This document shows, piece by piece, positions 58,031 through 64,000 of a DNA stretch of 64,000 nt. The stretch comes from Oikopleura dioica (lineage: Eukaryota; Animalia; Chordata), in the NCBI GenBank assembly GCA_907165135.1, contig OU015569.1, positions 12,276,001 through 12,340,000 of the forward strand. The letters are read 5' to 3'. The notes below the pieces were generated by a model. It was not told where the DNA came from. It was given only the letters and a program-made list of their open reading frames with translations, and did not search any database. Position 1 is the first letter of the stretch; each line of letters starts with the position of its first letter. The position numbers and the translations under genes were made by a program.

Positions 58031-60805
58031 AAAATAACGAATTGAGAGCCTTATTATGCATTTTTTCATATAACCAAAATGATAATAGATAATTGAATAA
58101 TTGATAATTGAATATTAAAGTTGCCCAAATTTACGGCGAGCGTTTTTCCCGAAAATACAGCTGGAAACTATTTTATTTTTAGTTTATGGCTGGTTTATGG
58201 ATGGGCGGCCCTTAAAGATCTTCCACGCGGGGAGCAGCGTTTAATTTGGGCTCGCTTGGGCAAGTTTTATCGGAAATGAGAGGATTTTTATTGGAGGCGA
58301 ATTGACACATTCAGAAGCGGGCTTAGCCGGGATCCGAAAAGGGGATGATTTATTTTTCATCCTTTTTTATTATTTTTATTTTGGACATGACAGAAACAGC
58401 AAAAAAGGCTTGTGCCTTTTCAAACATTTCAACGCTGGCGGACACGAATAGCTGTCGAATCTGTCCAACGCGTAAATATTTGAAAAAGCAAATTTTCCGC
58501 AGCCCAGAAAGAAATCAACGCGAATAACAAGAAAACGCTGAGCATAAATTTTACACTCCTGGGAGAATAGTTTTTGCTATCAATTTTGATAAATAATTAG
58601 CAGCTTAACTACTAAGCACCTGTTTTAATTTTGCTTTTAAGGACGTTACACCCTTAATTTCGCTTTTGAAATAAAGAAATTAAGGGTGTCGACTCGATTT
58701 ATTTCCAATTTTTAAGCTTTTTATATGCTAAAGCAAATTTTTTCTAAATTGAAAATTAAAGAAGGAGATACCCTTAATTTCATTTTTTAAATGATGAAAT
58801 TAAGGGTATCGACTCGATTTATTCCAAATTTTCAAGCTTTTTTATGGTAAAGCATATTTTTCTTATAAAAATTGAAAATTTAAGACGGAGATACCCTTAA
58901 TTTCAATCAGACTAATTTTTAAATAACAAGCTGCTGCAAAGAAATTCCTGCTTTTAAGGGGTAGAAACAGCTTTCTCGATTTTGGACTGCAGCTACGTAA
59001 AAGAAAGTATAAGATTTATTTACGTTCACGGAATTTCCTCATAAATGTTCCTAGAAAAGGGTTGAGCTTCACAAAAATGTGAATGAAATTTGTTTAACTA
59101 TCAGGGGACTCGAGATATACGTGTTTGAAAATTTGCGAAAATCGAGAATTTCGGAGAGATGAGCTGCTTCTGAGCCCGCTTACTCAAAAATTTGATGACT
59201 AAAACAAATTTCGAGAGAGATGTTCCTAGATCTAAAAGGTATCTGTCTAAACCTGAAGAAAAAATTTGAAAATGTAAGATTCTCTTGTCTGAAGCGACGG
59301 TCAAAAATCGCCTTTTTCGGAAAAAGCTGTTTCTACCCCCTTAAACTATTTTTCGAATTGAAAAAATATTTTAAATAATTTTTTAATTTTAAAAATATTG
59401 CTTTTTGTTTAATTTTTTTGTTAATTTACCTTTGATCAGTAACCGTCCAGTATAATGGATCCAAAGTGGACCCCATTACAAGGGAGATTAAAGTCGCCTT
59501 CAGCATTTTTTTCGTTTTTTTCTTTTATAAAAGTTCTTCTTTAAAAATCTCTAGTGACTTCTGTTTTTTCAAAAAAAAGTTTCTCCAAATTTTTCTTTCT
59601 TTTTTTGGCTTTGAAAGTTTTTATCTGTTTTTCGGAAATCTCGATTTCAAAAATTCAAATTGAAAAAGTCTTTGTTCGTAAAATAGATTATTTTTCTCAG
59701 GATCGTATCAGCCCTGGTCCAGGCTCCGCGGCGGAGGGGGTGCTAGCGGTGTGCTCCCGCGCGAGGGCGCTCGAGAGCCACTGCTGAGCGCGAATTTGGT
59801 GCTCCGGCGAGCTGGCGCTCCGGAGCTAAAACAGAGAGAGCGAGAGTCTGACTCTCCCGCCCGCCCGCCGAGCTCCGATCATCAACCCTTTTCTCTAATC
59901 CATCCGATCATGCTAATTAGATCAACTTAAAAGTTTTAAAACATTAACTCGATAATCTTCAAATCTGCTTCAAAAATTAAATTCATTCTTTTGCACTTTC
60001 GATAAGAAAAAGTAACAAGAAAAAGCTCGCTTCAAAATTAAGGGTGTCATCTTCCAAACTTTTTCTTTTTATTTCGCGTCACAAAATCGCCAATTTCGTA
60101 GATTTCACAATTAACAAGTTGATACCCTTATTTTTACAAAGAAAATATTGGGCCCTATATCGGCCTGTATATCCTTAATTTCCATTAATTGAGGTAATTT
60201 TTTATTAATTTAGTTGTAATTTATGAATGTGCCTACATCTCTATCAAGTTTATTAAGGGTGTCTCATCCCAAAATCGGCAATCCCGATTTTTTCAAAGAA
60301 ACACGTGACCTTGAGTTTTTCAGGTACCTCTAGTGTGTTAAACAGACTTTTCCCCAACCATGAAATCGTTGTGCTGATATTAAGGAGGTATCATGACCTA
60401 GGAGTAGTCGGCTACAGTCAGAGATCAGTGCGATTTTCCGCCGCCTCCTGGATTCGGAATCCCGAACTCAAGTCCTCCCGCCGCGTCGATTTTCCGCCTC
60501 CATTGTTAGCTCCATAAAACACTCTCGTTTTAAATAGGTTAAAACTTTAAAAAGAAGCAGCGAGATCCCTGATTAGAAATTCTGAGCTTGTTTCCTTTGA
60601 AAAGATTCCCCGTTCAAGTTATTATTCAGAGCAGGGGCAACTTGCATTTCTTAATTTTTAACAAATGTTGTTTTAAAACGCCAGAACAAGTAGTTTCGAT
60701 ATCCGCTCCTCCCTCCTTAATAATACCGCAATTCTGAGTTGTTCCAAGTGGCGAAGGCAATTTGCTTCAGTGTTAAGGGTATTCTCTAATTTAAATAAAA
60801 TTTTC

Positions 60806-61095
60806 TTAGTGACACCCTTATTGTCTGGATCCAGTTTGGGTAGAACAATAAGGGTTTCACTGCCTTGAATCAAATAGTCTCGCAAAAACTCATCACTTTT
60901 TCGATGATACTTATCTTAGTGACACCCTTATTTATTTCTATATATTTATATAATATAAATTAAATATGGGCGTCACTGAGATAAGTATCATCGAAAAGTG
61001 ATGATTTTTTGCGAGACTATTTGATTTAAGGCAGTGAAACCCTTATTGTTCTACCCAAATTGGATCCAGACAATAAGGGTGTCACTAAGATAAGT
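60806..61095. repeat. ~290-bp palindromic element with GACACCCTTA modules
   Basis: cttagtgacacccttattgtctggatcc pairs with ggatccagacaataagggtgtcactaag. Confidence 0.8.
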
Positions 61096-61695
61096 ATCAT
61101 CGAAAAATAATGATTTAAGGAAGTGAAACCCTTATTTTTCTACCCAAACTAGCGTTAAGATCCTTGCATAGTGCCTTCTTTTTATTTTGACAAAGACAAT
61201 AAGGGTGTCACGATCCTATTTCTCGGAGAAAGTCGACTAAGGTCTGCCCCTCTTGATTTGGCTTGAGCGTGTAATGGAAGTACTTAAGCGGCGATTGATG
61301 AATCAACAATATTTCGAGCTGGCAATATGGGCGCCCCATATGGCCCTTGAGGCGCGTGTGTACCCTTAGGCGCCCCTTGATTGATGCTGATTAGAGTGGA
61401 GACTGGTACTTGGAAGCAGTGGCTACAGCAGCATCTGCTGTTCCCCGCGCCAGTTGCTAATTTCCTTCACACTTCCTCACAATCGCCAAAAACACAACTC
61501 GCGATAAGAAAAGAAAACCCATCACACCCTTAAACAATCGCCCTTGCTCTTTTTAACCAGGATTTACGGGCACACACTTTTCCGTGTTTTCTTGTTGATC
61601 AAAAAACGCCGAAAATTAAGCGTGCTGAAAGATAACTAACTGCGAAAATCGCAAATCAATCAAGAAAGCTAAAAAGTTGTTGTTTAAAATTTTAA

Positions 61696-61980
61696 CCCAT
61701 CTTCGCGGGAGGGGCCAAAAATGGACCATTTTTGTTATTTTAGCTCAAACAAAAAACTTTTCATTTTCAACCAAATTATTTCTTTGCCAAAGTTGAGAAG
61801 CCGCTTGCGGCTTCGATCAAAATGAATAAGAGCCGCGCTAATCGCGGCTTAAATATTTTTCTCGAAGCCGCGAGCGGCTTCTCATCTTTGGCAAAGAAAT
61901 AATTTGGTTGAAAATGAAAAGTTTTGTTTGAGCTAAAATAACAAAAATAGTCCATTTTTAGCCCCTCCCGCGGCAATGGG
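61696..61980. mobile_element. piggyBac-like MITE (TTAA-CCC...GGG-TTAA), 285 bp
   Basis: TTAA at 61692-61695 and 61981-61984; long near-perfect TIRs. Confidence 0.82.
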
Positions 61981-63125
61981 TTAAAATTTGAAATAACTGT
62001 TCTTCGTAAATAAAAAAATAGATTTTCCTCTTCTTTAATTTGATCCTGCTTTGATGAGATAAATGAAAGTAATTACGCTTTGGGCTGGGCTCCTTCCAAA
62101 ATTTTCCAAAGCGGGCTTATTTCATCAAATTACGAATAATTCGGAGCGAGCCCAAACACCGCCATTGCTACACTTTTACATTCGGAATTTAGACGAGGTA
62201 ACTCGATTTTTACACTCAATCTGGTTTTCCAAAAAGTCGCGCAATTTTAATTAAAAAAGAGCGCTTTAGAATTTTCAGCCCAGTTTGTTCGATTATTTAT
62301 TTTTGTCATTATTTATTATTAAATTTTTACGTAGACCAAATTATGACGATTTAGTTTCTGATAGGGATCTTATTACGATTTAAAATTGAAACGGTAAAAT
62401 TCAAATGCGAGTTTGCTTAGACTCATTTATGGTGTTTGTCTCTTTTTCTAGAGAAAATTTGTCAAAATCGATACTCTCTTTTAAGCCTAAGCCAGATTAA
62501 GGGGGTGTACTAGGCTCATCAATTTGTAAAAAAACCTGAGTCAGAGTCCATTTTACCTATTAAGGACCCTGACTCAGGTTTTTAATTGCCGAGCCTAGGC
62601 TACCCCCTTAATTTGGCTCAGGCCTGAAAAAGAGTATCAACTTTGTCAAATTTTCCTGAGTCAGGGTCCTAAATGGGGAAATGGACCCTGACTCAGGTTT
62701 TCTACATAGGTTTCTGATCCCAGAAAACCCTCTGTCTAGGTTAATCTGGCTGTATAAAGCGCAAATTCTAGAGCCAGAAAAGAGGAACTGAACTCAAACA
62801 TTCGAAAATGATCTTGTTGAAGCTCGCCGCGGTGCTTTTTACTTTTGTGGTGGTTGTTTTATTTTTTCGGTTTTTGGGAAATGGCGAATGCGGTCGCTGG
62901 GAATTGACTCTGCTGCTGATCCGGTTGTGGATTAGCACTAGAGCAGAAACATTTCTGCTTGTTAAATGTATCTCCCACGCGATTATTAGGTCACAGCGGA
63001 GGTAATCACCCTCTTTCCGGATTTCCCAAATCATATAATGCCGAATTATTGGAAAGAGGAGATCTAACCCGGTCAAACTTTGATTGCAAAATATCTATCT
63101 GAGGAGAACTTTTCTCATGACGAAT

Positions 63126-63400
63126 TTTAAGGGGTAGAGTCTGAAAAGGGGCAACATGGAAAAAAACCCTATCTTGGCCCGTAGGGCCAAGCTAAGACCA
63201 TCTAGAATCTATTCTCTAGAATCAAGAATCTATTTTCTAGAATCCAGAATCTAGAGTCAAGAATCTAGAGTCTAGAATCTAGGGTCGATTCTAGATTCTA
63301 GAGGGTTTTAGCTTGGCCCTACGGGCCAAGATAGGGTTTTTCCATGTTGCCTTTTCAGATATACCGTATATCATATACGGTATATCATATACCCCTTAAA
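63126..63400. repeat. Palindromic element with a (TCTAGA)-rich centre
   Basis: ggcaacatggaaaaaaaccctatcttggcccgtagggccaagcta and its reverse complement. Confidence 0.8.
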
Positions 63401-63945
63401 TTTCGGGTTAGAAAAATCCTCCTCGAAAGTCGGAAAAATCTCATTCCTTTTCATTCCTATCCCCTTAATTGCGAAAAGAACCGTCTAATAAGCGTTGTTA
63501 AGTGAAATGCAATACAGTAATGAATACGACAGTAATATGGCAAGCGGGGGCAGGGGTGGACAAGAAAAGTCGTCCATCAGCTGTCCATCGCGGGTAGCGA
63601 TCATTAAGGATACACACACGGGCTCATTATTATTCACCCGGAGCGCTCTGCATAATAATGTTTTTCTTTTCGCCATGTGGACAAGGCGTGAATTCGAAAT
63701 CTACCGCAGCGAGGTCTGTTTATGAACCCGCCAGAATACACAACGATCTTTAATTATTCCCAAACGCAAAGGCGACAGAAATTCGCAGCATTCCATTTTC
63801 AGAAGAGACCACCCATTAGTCCCAGCTACTAACTGAGCTGGCAAAAGGAGTGATACCCTTATTTGAAATTTCGAGTTTGTTTTAATAAGGGTGTCCCTCA
63901 TTTGCCAGCTCAGTTGCTATTAGTAACTAACTAATAAGCTACGAT

Positions 63946-64000
63946 GCTGGGCTCAATAACCTGTGTAGAAAACCTGAGTCAGGGTCTTGAAATCTATTTT
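63946..64000. mobile_element. Left end of another CTGGG-family MITE, truncated by the window edge
   Basis: ctgggctcaataacctgtgtagaaaacctgagtcagggtc. Confidence 0.7.

Noticed and set aside
59700-59880. GC-rich structured RNA or promoter
   Set aside because: No recognisable RNA family fold or core promoter motif; composition alone is insufficient.
1-64000. tRNA, rRNA, spliced-leader RNA genes and an autonomous transposase or RT
   Set aside because: None recognised by eye; tRNAscan-SE, Infernal and HMM searches would be needed to exclude them.

Overview
Eukaryotic nuclear DNA from a very compact, intron-rich genome. It has many 40-46 nt introns, probable GA-AG and GC-AG introns, and same-strand genes only 100-300 bp apart. 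This pattern points to a larvacean tunicate such as Oikopleura (inference, not proven). The first ~37 kb is gene-dense: TPMT, an EcKL-type kinase, EDEM1, an F-box-like gene, ANKRD50-like, p62/SQSTM1-like, a carotenoid oxygenase, a CYP2-clan P450, a kinase/papain-like fusion, a small secreted peptide precursor and a CUB protein. The remainder holds a tandem caspase-fold gene and ephrin-B in largely non-coding DNA saturated with palindromic MITEs (8-bp-TSD and TTAA-TSD families). All exon structures were assembled by hand from the sequence. Strongest leads: (1) a kinase fused to a papain-like domain with papain-spaced Q/C/H/N residues, interrupted by a 2.8-kb hAT-like foldback element; (2) a MITE that forms an exact intron in the P450 gene; (3) two inverted minimal hammerhead ribozymes; (4) a double caspase-fold protein with a DCC active site; (5) a 72-aa prepropeptide missed by the ORF track. 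Several single-base frameshifts sit in homopolymer runs and are probably assembly errors.
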